A DNA stretch of 62,350 nt, from assembly GCA_025360845.1 (NCBI GenBank), contig JANYBJ010000239.1, forward strand, positions 1 through 62,350. Direction: 5' to 3'. Within the stretch, counting starts at the first letter, position 1; the number at the start of each line of letters is the position of its first letter. The translations under genes were made by a program, and so were the position numbers. Of the stretch, positions 18,207-28,040 are shown one piece after another. Source of the DNA: a bacterium. Its GTDB lineage: Bacteria; Verrucomicrobiota; Kiritimatiellia; RFP12; UBA1067. The notes beneath the pieces are model-generated. The model saw only the letters and a list, made by a program, of their open reading frames with translations. It did not search any database and was not told the origin of the DNA.

Positions 18207-21200
18207 GTGAAACACATATTTTTTCTTCTGTCGGGGGGACTTCTCTTTTTGTGCGGTTCGCTATGTGCCGCCGAGGTTCCGCAAGACTGGACCAACCGCG
18301 TCGAGGTGGCGGACCGTAACATGCTGGCCGCGATGAGCCTGAAGCCCGATAACGGCGAGCTGCGCATCCGCCTTCTGAACCCCGAAAACAACAGTCAGGC
18401 GGAACTGACGCTGAACACGGGCAGCACCCGCTGCCGGCTGCTCCCGTCCGCCTGCTTCCCGAAAGAGTATTCGAAGCAGCTCACGTCGCGTCCTTGCCCG
18501 GCCCTGACCAACGACCTCTGCCTGTTCACCCTCAAGCGCACCGAGGACGCCTGGCTCGCGTATGTCGACGACCAGCCGGTCCTGCGTTTGCCGGAACTCT
18601 GGTCCGGTAAGCTCGAACTCCAGCACGCCCCCGTTTCCCTGCCTGCCGGAGCCGCCAAAGACGACTACACGCAACGCCTCGGCGCGTTCAAGTTCGAGGA
18701 CAATTTTCTTGTGCCCGCAGGCTCGGAGTTCCCTCCCACGTGGGAAATCATGAGCGGCATCTGGAAACTGCACTCCGTGACCGGCTCCTTGAGCGGCGCG
18801 TCGGGCGGCTACCAGCTCGCGCGCCAGCCCAAACCCGAAAAGAGCCCGAACTTCTATTCACTCGAAGGCTACGGCACCAACGCCGTCGTGCTCACGGGCG
18901 AACCGTTTTACAGCCGCTACTCCTACCGTGCCGCGGTCCAGCACAACAGCGGCACCAACGGCATCGTCTTTCTGGCGGGCGAGCATGGCGGGTACTTCGC
19001 CTTCACGGCACGCACCGATCCGGCCTCGGACCGCCTGATCCTGGAGCTGTGGCAGCAGCCCGCCGCGACGAACGCGCCGCGCCTTCCGATCGACGCGGTG
19101 CAGACCGAGCTGCCTGCAGGCCAGTGGCTCCTGCTCGAAGTCCAAACCTTCGATGACCGCATCATTTGCCGCGCGGACAACATCGAAGTCATCCGCCGCC
19201 GCATGGGACTCCCTCCCGGCGGACGTTTCGGCTTCTATGCGAACGTGCCGGCCGGCGAGGCTACGCGTTTCGACGACGTGTCGGCGGGGTCCCACGAGGA
19301 CCGCCTTTTCGAATCGCCCGAAGACCTCGCCTTCGCGACGCGCAGCCAGACTCCCGGCGTGCAGTCGCTGCTGCGCAAAGGGACGGCCTGGACCTACTTC
19401 CCGCCGTGCGGCTCCGGCACCAACCGCTGGGAGTTCGGCGCGCAGGACTCCGGCCCGCTGCGGCAGGAGATTCAAGTGGTCGCCACCTCCGAGGCTTTCC
19501 TCTGCGGGCTCACCACCGGCGCCGCCACCTCCAATGCGCCCTCCTACCGCTTCTCCTGCGCCCAATCAAAAGACGGGCGCTCTTACACGCTGGAACAGGT
19601 CGGCGCCACCAACACGGTCACGCTCGACGCCTTCACGACCCCGAGCGGCAGCAACCGCGTCACCCTCGCCCTCGACGCGCTGCGCCCCAATGAGCTGCGC
19701 TGTTTTGCGGATGGCCGCATGGTCTGCTTCCACCGTCCCGAGAAACAGCCGGGCGGCCTCCAAAGTGTCTTCGCGGCCAACCCTTCGGATCTCTTTTTCA
19801 CCGCGCCTGTCGTCACCTCGAAAGACGCCACCATGAGCGAGCGTTTCGAAAAAAACCCGCTCTATGTGAATGATCCCTTCATGCGCCACTGGGCCTCGCC
19901 AGAAGGCCAGTGGGTGACCTTTAAGGACGGCATGACCTGGTTCAAAGGCGACATCACCGGGCCGATCAAAGTGCGTCTGCCGGTGGTCAACGGCATGGAG
20001 CTGCACCTCTGTGTCGAGGAGGGGTCCACCAACGGTTTCTGCCGTGTCGCGGTCAAAGACGATCAGATCAGCGTTTTCACGCCGGACTCCGGAACAAACG
20101 CCGCCTTCACGGTGCCCGCCGCGCAAGTCCCCGAAATCGCGTTCGACAAAACTCAGGTGCGCCTCTACACGCTTGGCATCGAAGGCTCCCTCGTGTGGCT
20201 GGGCGGAGACGATATCCTGCTGGCCAAAGCCCACGTGTCCGCTCCCTTGCGCGGCCGCAGAATGCGCATCATGGGCATGACACTCGAAAACCTCGGACGC
20301 ACCCTCGTCAAACGCGACAACGTCTTCGACACGCTCTTCACCGAATCCCTCTATAACTGGACCATCAACGGCGGCCGCTGGGAAGTCATCAACCGCTTCT
20401 TCTGTGAGCCCACCTGGTCGCACATGAACGGAGAAAGCTCCGACTCGCTCGCCGCGCTCTGGTCCAACTATATTTTCAGCGGCGACTTCAGCATCGAGTT
20501 TTACGCGGGCATGCGCATGGGCTGGTACGAACGCCCCGGCGACCTGAACTTGACGGTCATGAGCCGTTCAAACGCCACCGGCGACGGCTATACCGCCATT
20601 GCCACAGGTTGGGATCCGGATCATTCGCAGCTCTATTCGCGCCTGCTCCGCAACGGCGAGCTCATGGACATCTCCACCAAGTACCTGGTGCCGCGCGCCC
20701 GCGCCGGTAATGCCCGCCAAGGCTATCAGCCGCTGGTCGCCGCCGGGCGCGACATCCACGGCGCCTGGTACGGCATGCAGCTCCGCCGCGTCGGCAACCG
20801 GCTCCATTACATCTACGACAACGAAGAGGTTTTCGACGTCGAGGACAAAGACCCGCTGCAAAACGGCTCGCTCGGCATCTGGACCTTCTGCAATTCGATG
20901 ATGGTCGCACGCATCAAGATCGCGGCCGAGTCGATCAAGCCGCGCCCCTTCGCCTTCAAGACCATCCCCGCCGGCGTTCCGGCCGCACCCGAACCGCCTC
21001 CCGTCGCCGACTCCGGCGTCCGCATCAACGGGCGCGTGGCCCAGCCCCTCGCTCCCGATTACTGGCAGGCCTTCGACACCGTGAGCCATCCGAGTATCCG
21101 CTTCCGCCATCTCGACACGGCCCACCCCGAAATGCGCGTCACCTCCATTCTCGGCGGCGGCACCTTCCTCGTGCGCTGCGACCTGCCGCCCGCCCAGCCT

Positions 21201-23960
21201 GACAAACTGCTCGGCTGGCGCTTCGAGATCGCGCGTCATCCCAAAGGCCTCGTCAATTTCGAGTTTTCCACGGTCAAAGACGACGGCAAAGGCGGCTTCA
21301 TTCCGCTCCAAGGCTGGACCTACGTGCTGTCCGGTTCGGGTGAAACGCGCGGCCCGCGCAAGATCGCCGGCACCCTCGAAGCCTTCCCGCCTTCTGATCC
21401 TGAAGGCACCAACACCGTCTGGACGCCGGTCGAGGTCTGGGTGCCCTCCGAAATCATCCGCGCCAACCAGTCCGTGCAGATCGAAGGTTTCGGCAACCTT
21501 CAGCCCAGCGACGTACAGCAGGGCCTCAAAGGCAACCCGCCCCACGCGTGGTACGCGATCCGGAACTTCCGCGAGATCCACCGCGGCGTTCCGGTGCTCA
21601 CGGCCCCGCCGGAAAAACGCAACGAGATCGCGGCTCTCGCGCAGATCGTCAACAGCCTGCGCCCCGGCGAGCTGCAAATGGTCGAAACGCCCGAGAACCT
21701 GGATCCGCGCAAGCCCGTCATCGAATGGGCCGTGCCCGAGCTCGCCAACTTCGGTCTGCGCGCGCAGGCCGACTCCTCGATCCCCGGCTCGATCCTCGTC
21801 ACGCCCACCCACCCCTGGCCCTCGCCGGTGCTGCCGCCCAACCGCGTGCTCACCGACGCGCAGCCCGCGCCGTTCGTCACCGAGGGCAACAGCATCCGCG
21901 TGTTGGTGCCCTTCGAGATTCTCCAGCCCGGGCGCATGACCCTCGCGCTCGAACTTTCCGACGGACGCTTCTTCCGCCAGGTCGTCTCCATGCGCCCGCT
22001 CGAAGAGGCGAACCACCCGCCGGTCTTGCTCAAGCTCGAAATGCCCGAAGGCGGCATCCAGACCTTCGAGGCCCGCCCCGGCGACGCCGCCCCCTATCAG
22101 ACGGGCGCAAAGGCCTCCATCGATTATTCCGACCCGGTGCATGGCGGCGTGCTGAAATTCGAGAACGGCGGCGTCTACGGCCGCCGACTCGACGGCCTGC
22201 TCTGCAAACAGTTCAACCCCACGGCCACCCCGCTCATTCAGTTCCGCTACAAAGGCGACCCCATGTCCGTCGTCTCCCTCGCCTTCGGCACGTACGGCTT
22301 CACGTTCTCCGAGGTCTTCAACACCCACGTGCGTTTCGGCGGAGGCGTGGCCGCGCCCATGGACAATACGTGGCACATCTGGACCGGCATCCCCTTCGAC
22401 AGCGTCGGCACGATGCCTCTGACCCAGCGCACGACCATACCTCCGGGCGACCTCCGTTTCGCCTCGCGCAGCGACCGCGACCAGACCGGCCTGCACAGCA
22501 CCCTGCGCATCGATGATGTCGCCTGCGGCCCCGCCGTCGGCCCCAACCGCACCTTCGCCTTCAAAGCCGACTACACAGACCCCGACGGCATCGCCGAAGT
22601 GGCCTATGCGATTATCCAAGGTCCGGTCGCCTTCGACAACCGCACCGAAGCGGAGAAGCAGAAGGTCGTCTGGGTGCCCGCCAAAAACAGCGAGGTCATG
22701 CAGCCTGATCTCGCGGCCGTTCCCGATGGCATCCACCACCTCATCGTCCGCGCCCGCGACAAGCGCAACCTCTGGTCCCTGCCGGCGGACATGCCCTTTA
22801 TGCTCGACCGCGTCGCGCCCGTCGTCACCCACACCGTCAACGCCGTCGAGAAGTTCAACGGCAGCAGCCTCACGCTCACCATCGCCGATCCCGTCTCGCC
22901 TCCGGTGATCAACACGATCCGCTTCACCTGCCTCGGCGCGCCGCTCAACCTGGCCACCGACAACGGCTCTTGCGCGATCGGCCAAGGCACCGTCACCTAT
23001 GAACTGGACTGGGTCTGGCTGCTGCGCAACCAGCTCAAAGCCGCCAAAAACGGCGACGTGCTGCCGCTCACGGTCGATGGCGTCACCGACGCCGCAGGCA
23101 ACGCGATCCCGGCGATGAAGATCGACCTGTCCCTCAACCTCGAGGCCGACAAGCGCCCGCCCACCGTGCTGCCGCTGGGCAAGACCGACAACGTGCTCGT
23201 GTCCGAGCTCTCGCTCCCCGCGCTCGCGCCGTTCTTCACGGAATCGAAGAACGTCGCGGCCGCGCCGGTGGCGACTCCGGAAGGCAACGTCGTCGAAATC
23301 ACACCCAACGGCGAAGGCAACGCCTTCATCCAGCACGCCTTCGCGCCTGCCTGGGATCCGGATAAGTACCCCTATCTGGCCCTCTCGTTCCGCACCATGG
23401 ACGCCGCCGGCGGAGTCAAGCCGTTCACGCTGGCCTTTAACACCGGACCGCGCCGTCCCCGCGGCATCAAGGACGCCCACACAATGAATTTCACCGACAC
23501 CAATCACCTCGCCTTTGTGACCGGCGAAACCTCCCGCACGCCCGGAGAGTGGAACGACGTGATCATCAACGTGCGCGACTTCCTTCGCGCCGAGACCGAG
23601 GAGCACAAGGACACCCCCGACCTGACCTTCCTTTCCCTCTTCTTCTCGCCCAAGGCCAAAGGAAACAAGATCCAAATCCGTTCCCTCGCCATCCTCGCGC
23701 CGTGGAACTCCGACCACCTGATCCCCATCAAAGCCTATGACCTCAGCAGCATCAAGAGTCTCGTCTGGCAAGGCGGCGAGTCCGAGAACACCGGCCTGCG
23801 CCCGGCCAATCTGGCGTTGCCCGCAAATGATCCGAACTGGTTCCGCTTCCGCATCAGCGACCGCCGCGGCAACCTCACCGACACCTGGATGCTTCCCATT
23901 CCTCCCGGCTCCTCGAAAACCAAAGCCAACCTGCCCGCCTTTGAACCCGTAACCTTTTAA
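18207..23960 (+). CDS. Very large exported hypothetical protein (~1,920 aa) with probable concanavalin/LamG-like beta-sandwich domains
   Basis: Uninterrupted ORF with strong GC3 codon bias. GTG at 18207 gives the signal peptide MKHIFFLLSGGLLFLCGSLCA (track start 18147). Patterns such as GRFGFY...TRFDDV and GSLGIWTF....MVARIKI. Confidence 0.8.
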   Translation: MKHIFFLLSGGLLFLCGSLCAAEVPQDWTNRVEVADRNMLAAMSLKPDNGELRIRLLNPENNSQAELTLNTGSTRCRLLPSACFPKEYSKQLTSRPCPALTNDLCLFTLKRTEDAWLAYVDDQPVLRLPELWSGKLELQHAPVSLPAGAAKDDYTQRLGAFKFEDNFLVPAGSEFPPTWEIMSGIWKLHSVTGSLSGASGGYQLARQPKPEKSPNFYSLEGYGTNAVVLTGEPFYSRYSYRAAVQHNSGTNGIVFLAGEHGGYFAFTARTDPASDRLILELWQQPAATNAPRLPIDAVQTELPAGQWLLLEVQTFDDRIICRADNIEVIRRRMGLPPGGRFGFYANVPAGEATRFDDVSAGSHEDRLFESPEDLAFATRSQTPGVQSLLRKGTAWTYFPPCGSGTNRWEFGAQDSGPLRQEIQVVATSEAFLCGLTTGAATSNAPSYRFSCAQSKDGRSYTLEQVGATNTVTLDAFTTPSGSNRVTLALDALRPNELRCFADGRMVCFHRPEKQPGGLQSVFAANPSDLFFTAPVVTSKDATMSERFEKNPLYVNDPFMRHWASPEGQWVTFKDGMTWFKGDITGPIKVRLPVVNGMELHLCVEEGSTNGFCRVAVKDDQISVFTPDSGTNAAFTVPAAQVPEIAFDKTQVRLYTLGIEGSLVWLGGDDILLAKAHVSAPLRGRRMRIMGMTLENLGRTLVKRDNVFDTLFTESLYNWTINGGRWEVINRFFCEPTWSHMNGESSDSLAALWSNYIFSGDFSIEFYAGMRMGWYERPGDLNLTVMSRSNATGDGYTAIATGWDPDHSQLYSRLLRNGELMDISTKYLVPRARAGNARQGYQPLVAAGRDIHGAWYGMQLRRVGNRLHYIYDNEEVFDVEDKDPLQNGSLGIWTFCNSMMVARIKIAAESIKPRPFAFKTIPAGVPAAPEPPPVADSGVRINGRVAQPLAPDYWQAFDTVSHPSIRFRHLDTAHPEMRVTSILGGGTFLVRCDLPPAQPDKLLGWRFEIARHPKGLVNFEFSTVKDDGKGGFIPLQGWTYVLSGSGETRGPRKIAGTLEAFPPSDPEGTNTVWTPVEVWVPSEIIRANQSVQIEGFGNLQPSDVQQGLKGNPPHAWYAIRNFREIHRGVPVLTAPPEKRNEIAALAQIVNSLRPGELQMVETPENLDPRKPVIEWAVPELANFGLRAQADSSIPGSILVTPTHPWPSPVLPPNRVLTDAQPAPFVTEGNSIRVLVPFEILQPGRMTLALELSDGRFFRQVVSMRPLEEANHPPVLLKLEMPEGGIQTFEARPGDAAPYQTGAKASIDYSDPVHGGVLKFENGGVYGRRLDGLLCKQFNPTATPLIQFRYKGDPMSVVSLAFGTYGFTFSEVFNTHVRFGGGVAAPMDNTWHIWTGIPFDSVGTMPLTQRTTIPPGDLRFASRSDRDQTGLHSTLRIDDVACGPAVGPNRTFAFKADYTDPDGIAEVAYAIIQGPVAFDNRTEAEKQKVVWVPAKNSEVMQPDLAAVPDGIHHLIVRARDKRNLWSLPADMPFMLDRVAPVVTHTVNAVEKFNGSSLTLTIADPVSPPVINTIRFTCLGAPLNLATDNGSCAIGQGTVTYELDWVWLLRNQLKAAKNGDVLPLTVDGVTDAAGNAIPAMKIDLSLNLEADKRPPTVLPLGKTDNVLVSELSLPALAPFFTESKNVAAAPVATPEGNVVEITPNGEGNAFIQHAFAPAWDPDKYPYLALSFRTMDAAGGVKPFTLAFNTGPRRPRGIKDAHTMNFTDTNHLAFVTGETSRTPGEWNDVIINVRDFLRAETEEHKDTPDLTFLSLFFSPKAKGNKIQIRSLAILAPWNSDHLIPIKAYDLSSIKSLVWQGGESENTGLRPANLALPANDPNWFRFRISDRRGNLTDTWMLPIPPGSSKTKANLPAFEPVTF

Positions 23961-23966
23961 CCTCTT

Positions 23967-24425
23967 ATGACACGCATCACCATCCCCCAACTGGACGCCA
24001 ACCTGGTCGACGTCACCGTCACCCGTTGGCGTAAAGCCATCGGCGACACCGTCGCCGCAGGCGAAATACTGGCGGAGCTTACCACCGACAAGGCGGTGTA
24101 TGAACTCGAAGCGCCCGCGGCTGGCTTGCTGCTCGCCGTCTACGCCGCCGAAAAGAGCGTCGTGCCCACCGGCTTCATCGTCGGACTCATCGGCACGCCC
24201 GGCGAAGACGACCCGGAGGCCGAAGCCGCGAACGCGGATCTGATGCTCGCCTACCGCGGGCCTGCCGCCGCGCCGGCTCCTTCACGTGACCGCGGCGCAC
24301 GCGTACGGGCCACGCCCCGGGCGCGCCGCCTCGCGCAAGACAAGGGCATCGACCTCGCCAAGGTCCAGTCCGAGACCGGCGCTGAGGTCATCGACGAGGC
24401 CGTCCTTTCCGCCTATCTTAAATAG
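23967..24425 (+). CDS. Stand-alone lipoyl domain + E3-binding (PSBD) protein
   Basis: Lipoyl motif ELTTDKAVYELEAP and PSBD motif VRATPRARRLAQDKGIDL. No acyltransferase core. Confidence 0.85.
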   Translation: MTRITIPQLDANLVDVTVTRWRKAIGDTVAAGEILAELTTDKAVYELEAPAAGLLLAVYAAEKSVVPTGFIVGLIGTPGEDDPEAEAANADLMLAYRGPAAAPAPSRDRGARVRATPRARRLAQDKGIDLAKVQSETGAEVIDEAVLSAYLK

Positions 24426-24430
24426 CAAAC

Positions 24431-25684
24431 ATGTTCCAGTTAACTATGACACCCATCCTCGTTCAGTCTGAGAATAACAAAATAGCGGTGAGCTCCCTAA
24501 GCCACCCTGCCGTAGTCGGCCAAGTGCTGGCAGAACTCCACCTTCGCGCGAAAAAGCAAGGCTATTCCACTATTATTATTGACTGTTCAGAAGCCGTGAG
24601 CGCGTTTCCGAATGTCGTTGTTCCCATCTCGGCCGTTCTGGAGTTCTACCGTAGACAACAGCGCACGGATATCGAAGTTGTTGGATTGTCCAACTACGTT
24701 CAAATGACGCGGTTCAATGCACCCTTAACTGTCGCCGACGTTTCCACGCAGAATTCATTTCTCGACCGCGTATGGGCCTTCTCGGATTTTGAGCAGGTCG
24801 GACAACTGGTAAACGGAATTGTGCATGACCTCGAGGCGCGGACTCAATTCCATGACGGCGTATTAGGGGGCATCGAATGGTGCCTCAACGAAGTTATGGA
24901 CAACGTCCTCCAGCACTCAAGCCCTGGGCGTCCCCCTTTAGGCCATGTCATGGCGCAGGTGCATAGTAACCGCGTTGCCATCTGCATCAGCGATTGTGGA
25001 CACGGTCTGCTCAAATCGCTCTCGACATTCGCGCGTAGTCCCAGCACCGATGAGGCCGCAATCGTTCTTGCCGTACAAGAAGGAGTGACGCGCGACTCAG
25101 CCATCGGGCAGGGCAATGGACTGTGGGGCTTGCACAACATTGTGCATAATAACGGAGGGCGTTTGGTGATCACCTCCGGCTCCAGCACTGTGACTTGGAG
25201 CCAAGATGACTGTGAAAAGCATGGAAGCCAACTCTTTGTGGACCACGAGAGCAAAGGGGTCACAGTCGATTTTCAGCTCAATGCAAAAAAACGCATCTCC
25301 CTGCGTGAAGCCTTGAACGGCCATCAGCCCTTCCGTTGCAGCCTGATCACGCGGGAGGATGAACATGGATGCCAGCGGTTCCCCATCAAAGACCAACCCG
25401 GCAAAACGAGCACGCGTCTGGCGGGACAACATTTGTTCAACCGCATCCTCAACACCTGTCTCGACACAGACCAACGCATCATTTTGGATTATTCCGGTGT
25501 TTCGTTGGTTTCCTCATCCTATGCGGACGAAACCGTCGGAAAATTGGTGGTCAAATTCGGCTTTGCCGATTTCACGCAGCGTATTTTGCTGCGAAACATG
25601 ACCGAAACCGTCGAAGTCATTATCAACCAAGCAGTTGAAAAGCGCATCGCAGAAGCCCTGCGTGTACGGGGCGTGAAAGTATGA
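24431..25684 (+). CDS. Histidine-kinase-like ATPase (GHKL) with a C-terminal STAS-like (DUF4325-type) domain
   Basis: N box NEVMDNVLQHS, G1 ISDCGHG, G2 GQGNGLWGL; C-terminal IILDYSGVSLVSSSYADE. AT-richer codon usage than its neighbours. Confidence 0.78.
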   Translation: MFQLTMTPILVQSENNKIAVSSLSHPAVVGQVLAELHLRAKKQGYSTIIIDCSEAVSAFPNVVVPISAVLEFYRRQQRTDIEVVGLSNYVQMTRFNAPLTVADVSTQNSFLDRVWAFSDFEQVGQLVNGIVHDLEARTQFHDGVLGGIEWCLNEVMDNVLQHSSPGRPPLGHVMAQVHSNRVAICISDCGHGLLKSLSTFARSPSTDEAAIVLAVQEGVTRDSAIGQGNGLWGLHNIVHNNGGRLVITSGSSTVTWSQDDCEKHGSQLFVDHESKGVTVDFQLNAKKRISLREALNGHQPFRCSLITREDEHGCQRFPIKDQPGKTSTRLAGQHLFNRILNTCLDTDQRIILDYSGVSLVSSSYADETVGKLVVKFGFADFTQRILLRNMTETVEVIINQAVEKRIAEALRVRGVKV

Positions 25685-26418
25685 AAACCGCCCTCGTCAC
25701 AGGTGCCGCCAAAGGCATCGGCCGCGCCATCGCGTTAGCGCTGGCACGCGACGGCTTCCGCGTCGCGGTCCACTACCGCGCCTCACAGGATGCCGCAGCG
25801 GCGACCGTCGCCGCGATCCGTGCTGCGGGCGGCGAAGCCGAGGCGTTCCACGCCGACCTTGCTGATTCCGCTCAGGTCGACGCGCTCGTGAAAACGGTTG
25901 AACAGGGACTGGGCCCGATCCATACGCTCGTCAGCAACGCCGGGATCATCAAGAACCAGCTCATCGCCTTTACAAAGTTCGAAGACTGGCGCGAAGTCAT
26001 GAGCGCCAACCTCGACGCCGCTTTTCTGCTCACCAAAGCCGTGTCGCGCCCTATGGCCCGCCAGAAGGCTGGGCGCATCATCTACATTTCATCCGATGCG
26101 GGCCTGCTCGGCGACCTCATGCGGGCGGCCTACAGCGCCTCCAAGGCGGGTCTCTTCGGCCTTGCCAAAACCGCCGCCCGTGAACTCGCCGCCTCGGGCG
26201 TCACCGTCAACTGCGTCGCGCCCGGCATCATCGCCACCGACATGACCGCCGACATTCCGGAAACGCGCCGCGTCAAACAGCTCGCGGCCATTCCCATGGC
26301 CCGCTTCGGCACCCCGGAAGAGGTCGCCGGAGCCGTCCGGTTCCTCGCCTCCGGCGACGCCGCCTGGATCACCGGACAGACCCTCTGCGTCGACGGCGGC
26401 CTCTGCATGCACGGCTAG
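25681..26418 (+). CDS. fabG: 3-oxoacyl-ACP reductase FabG-like short-chain dehydrogenase
   Basis: TGAAKGIG, NAGI, YSASK and NCVAPG.I.TDM. Start overlaps the previous stop (ATGA at 25681). Confidence 0.8.
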   Translation: MKTALVTGAAKGIGRAIALALARDGFRVAVHYRASQDAAAATVAAIRAAGGEAEAFHADLADSAQVDALVKTVEQGLGPIHTLVSNAGIIKNQLIAFTKFEDWREVMSANLDAAFLLTKAVSRPMARQKAGRIIYISSDAGLLGDLMRAAYSASKAGLFGLAKTAARELAASGVTVNCVAPGIIATDMTADIPETRRVKQLAAIPMARFGTPEEVAGAVRFLASGDAAWITGQTLCVDGGLCMHG

Positions 26419-27079
26419 TCCACTTGCTTTGGCAGACGGATAGGGACACCCCTCTGAGTCGCCACTTTTACTGGCCCGCCTGGCTGATAGTCTATCTCCA
26501 CTCTTCCCGCATTCGAAGAATACAACGCGGCGCACAACGGCTTGTCCATGGGCCATGCAGGCAGCACGACGATGCCGTCATCCACATCCCTGCAAATCAT
26601 CTCGTATAGATGGCAGATATTTGCGCCCATGCCTTGCATGCTCGGATAGAGCGGCAGCGAAGGTTGTTCGGCGAATGTAGGAAGGTGCCGGTCAAAGACT
26701 TCGGCAGGCAGGAACACAGACTCTTCAGGTGGACACGAACGGTCAACGACCGGCCCCTTATCCGAGCATGTCCATCTATCTTTTGGAACCGATGGCAGCG
26801 CTCGCAGAGTCTCTGTAGCCATTTGTTCGAGCTCCTTGTCCTTGAACTCCCGCGCGATTAGAATCGTGCGCGGCAAAACCGCCTGCAGTGCGAATATCCA
26901 ACTGGCCGGATTCTTAACGTCATACCAGGTCTCTCCGGAGGATGCCGGATCGAGTGTGATGACGCCGTTTTCAACCGGGTAATGGTGCCGAAAGCGTGAG
27001 GCTGGGCAGGTTGCACCCCAGACGTTGGCGAACTTAGAACAGCCAACAGCAACAGGGCACGTACAGGATGCATACGCAT
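26415..27079 (-). pseudogene. Probable frameshifted secreted hypothetical protein
   Basis: ATG at 27079 starts a signal-like segment (MRMHPVRALLLLAVLS). The frame of track ORF 26415..26876 stays open upstream to 27080 with no ATG. Adding one base near 27031 joins the two frames. Confidence 0.5.
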
Positions 27080-27285
27080 ATTACATGGATAAGAAATCGC
27101 CCGTCGGTCGGCACCGGCACTCACATGCCGGAATCATGCCTGAACCCACAGGAAGCACCGACTTCATGGCGGGTAACTTGCCAGATGCGGGAAATGATGT
27201 CAAGCAAACCGCCCGAAAGGCGTGATGTCCCGCACGCGCACCTGACCCTCACCGGCTGAGGATTGACATCGTTCTCGTTTTTCTT

Positions 27286-27309
27286 CTTTGTGCCTTTGTG
27301 TCTTCGTGT
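27286..27309. repeat. Three tandem octamers CTTTGTGC CTTTGTGT CTTCGTGT upstream of cmk
   Basis: Read directly from the sequence. Confidence 0.6.
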
Positions 27310-27362
27310 TAAAGTTTCGCATCACTTATCACAAACCATTAACCGCCAACTTCTGTTCTACT

Positions 27363-28040
27363 ATGAATCGAGTGATCGCTATCGACGGGCCGTCCGGGGC
27401 AGGCAAATCCTCTGTTTCCAAACGCGTGGGCACGATGCTGGGCTTCCTGCACGTCGATTCCGGCGCGCTCTACCGCATCATGACGTGGCAGTGCCTGCTG
27501 AACCGCATCGATACCGCCAACCCAGCGGCCGTGGCCGCCTTCGCCCAGACGGTGAACGTCGAGTGCGTGCCGCGCAACGGCGCGATCGCCTACTTCGTGA
27601 AGGGCCAAGAACCGGGCGACGCCATCCGCACACCCGAGATCAACAAGCACGCCAGTCCCGTGGCGACCGTCAAAGAGGTGCGCGACCGCGTCACCGCCTG
27701 GCTGCGCGGCATGACGCGCTTCGGCGACCTGATCGTCGAAGGCCGCGACATCACCACCGCCGTCTTTCCCGAATCTCCCGCACGTTTCTACCTCGTGGCC
27801 AGCGCCGAGGCGCGCGCCGAGCGCCGCCGCAAGGAAGAGGTCGAGAAGGGCATCGCCAACCAGTCCGCCGAAGAGGTCAAACGCTCGCTGCTCGCACGCG
27901 ACGCCATCGACACTACGCGCAAACACGCCCCGCTGAGAAAAGCCGACGGGGCTTTGGAAATCGACAGCACAGACCTGACCCTCGACGAAGTGGTGCAGAC
28001 CGTCATCGAGGCCCTGCCTGCCGAATGGAGAAGAACATGA
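27363..28040 (+). CDS. cmk: Cytidylate kinase
   Basis: IAIDGPSGAGKSS, VDSGALYR, VEGRDI...VFP and R..RD..D. Start MNRVIAIDG at 27363. Confidence 0.95.
   Translation: MNRVIAIDGPSGAGKSSVSKRVGTMLGFLHVDSGALYRIMTWQCLLNRIDTANPAAVAAFAQTVNVECVPRNGAIAYFVKGQEPGDAIRTPEINKHASPVATVKEVRDRVTAWLRGMTRFGDLIVEGRDITTAVFPESPARFYLVASAEARAERRRKEEVEKGIANQSAEEVKRSLLARDAIDTTRKHAPLRKADGALEIDSTDLTLDEVVQTVIEALPAEWRRT

Noticed and set aside
20568-23990. 1,140-aa antisense ORF and other long antisense or alternate-frame ORFs (e.g. 37855..39624, 42432..44270, 51485..53332, 2343..3656, 31897..33330)
   Set aside because: They are shadow ORFs of GC3-biased real genes, with Arg/Gly/Ala-rich composition and no motifs.
27263-28036. 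N-terminal half of the 546-aa track ORF
   Set aside because: It overlaps cmk in another frame; the real gene starts at 28037.
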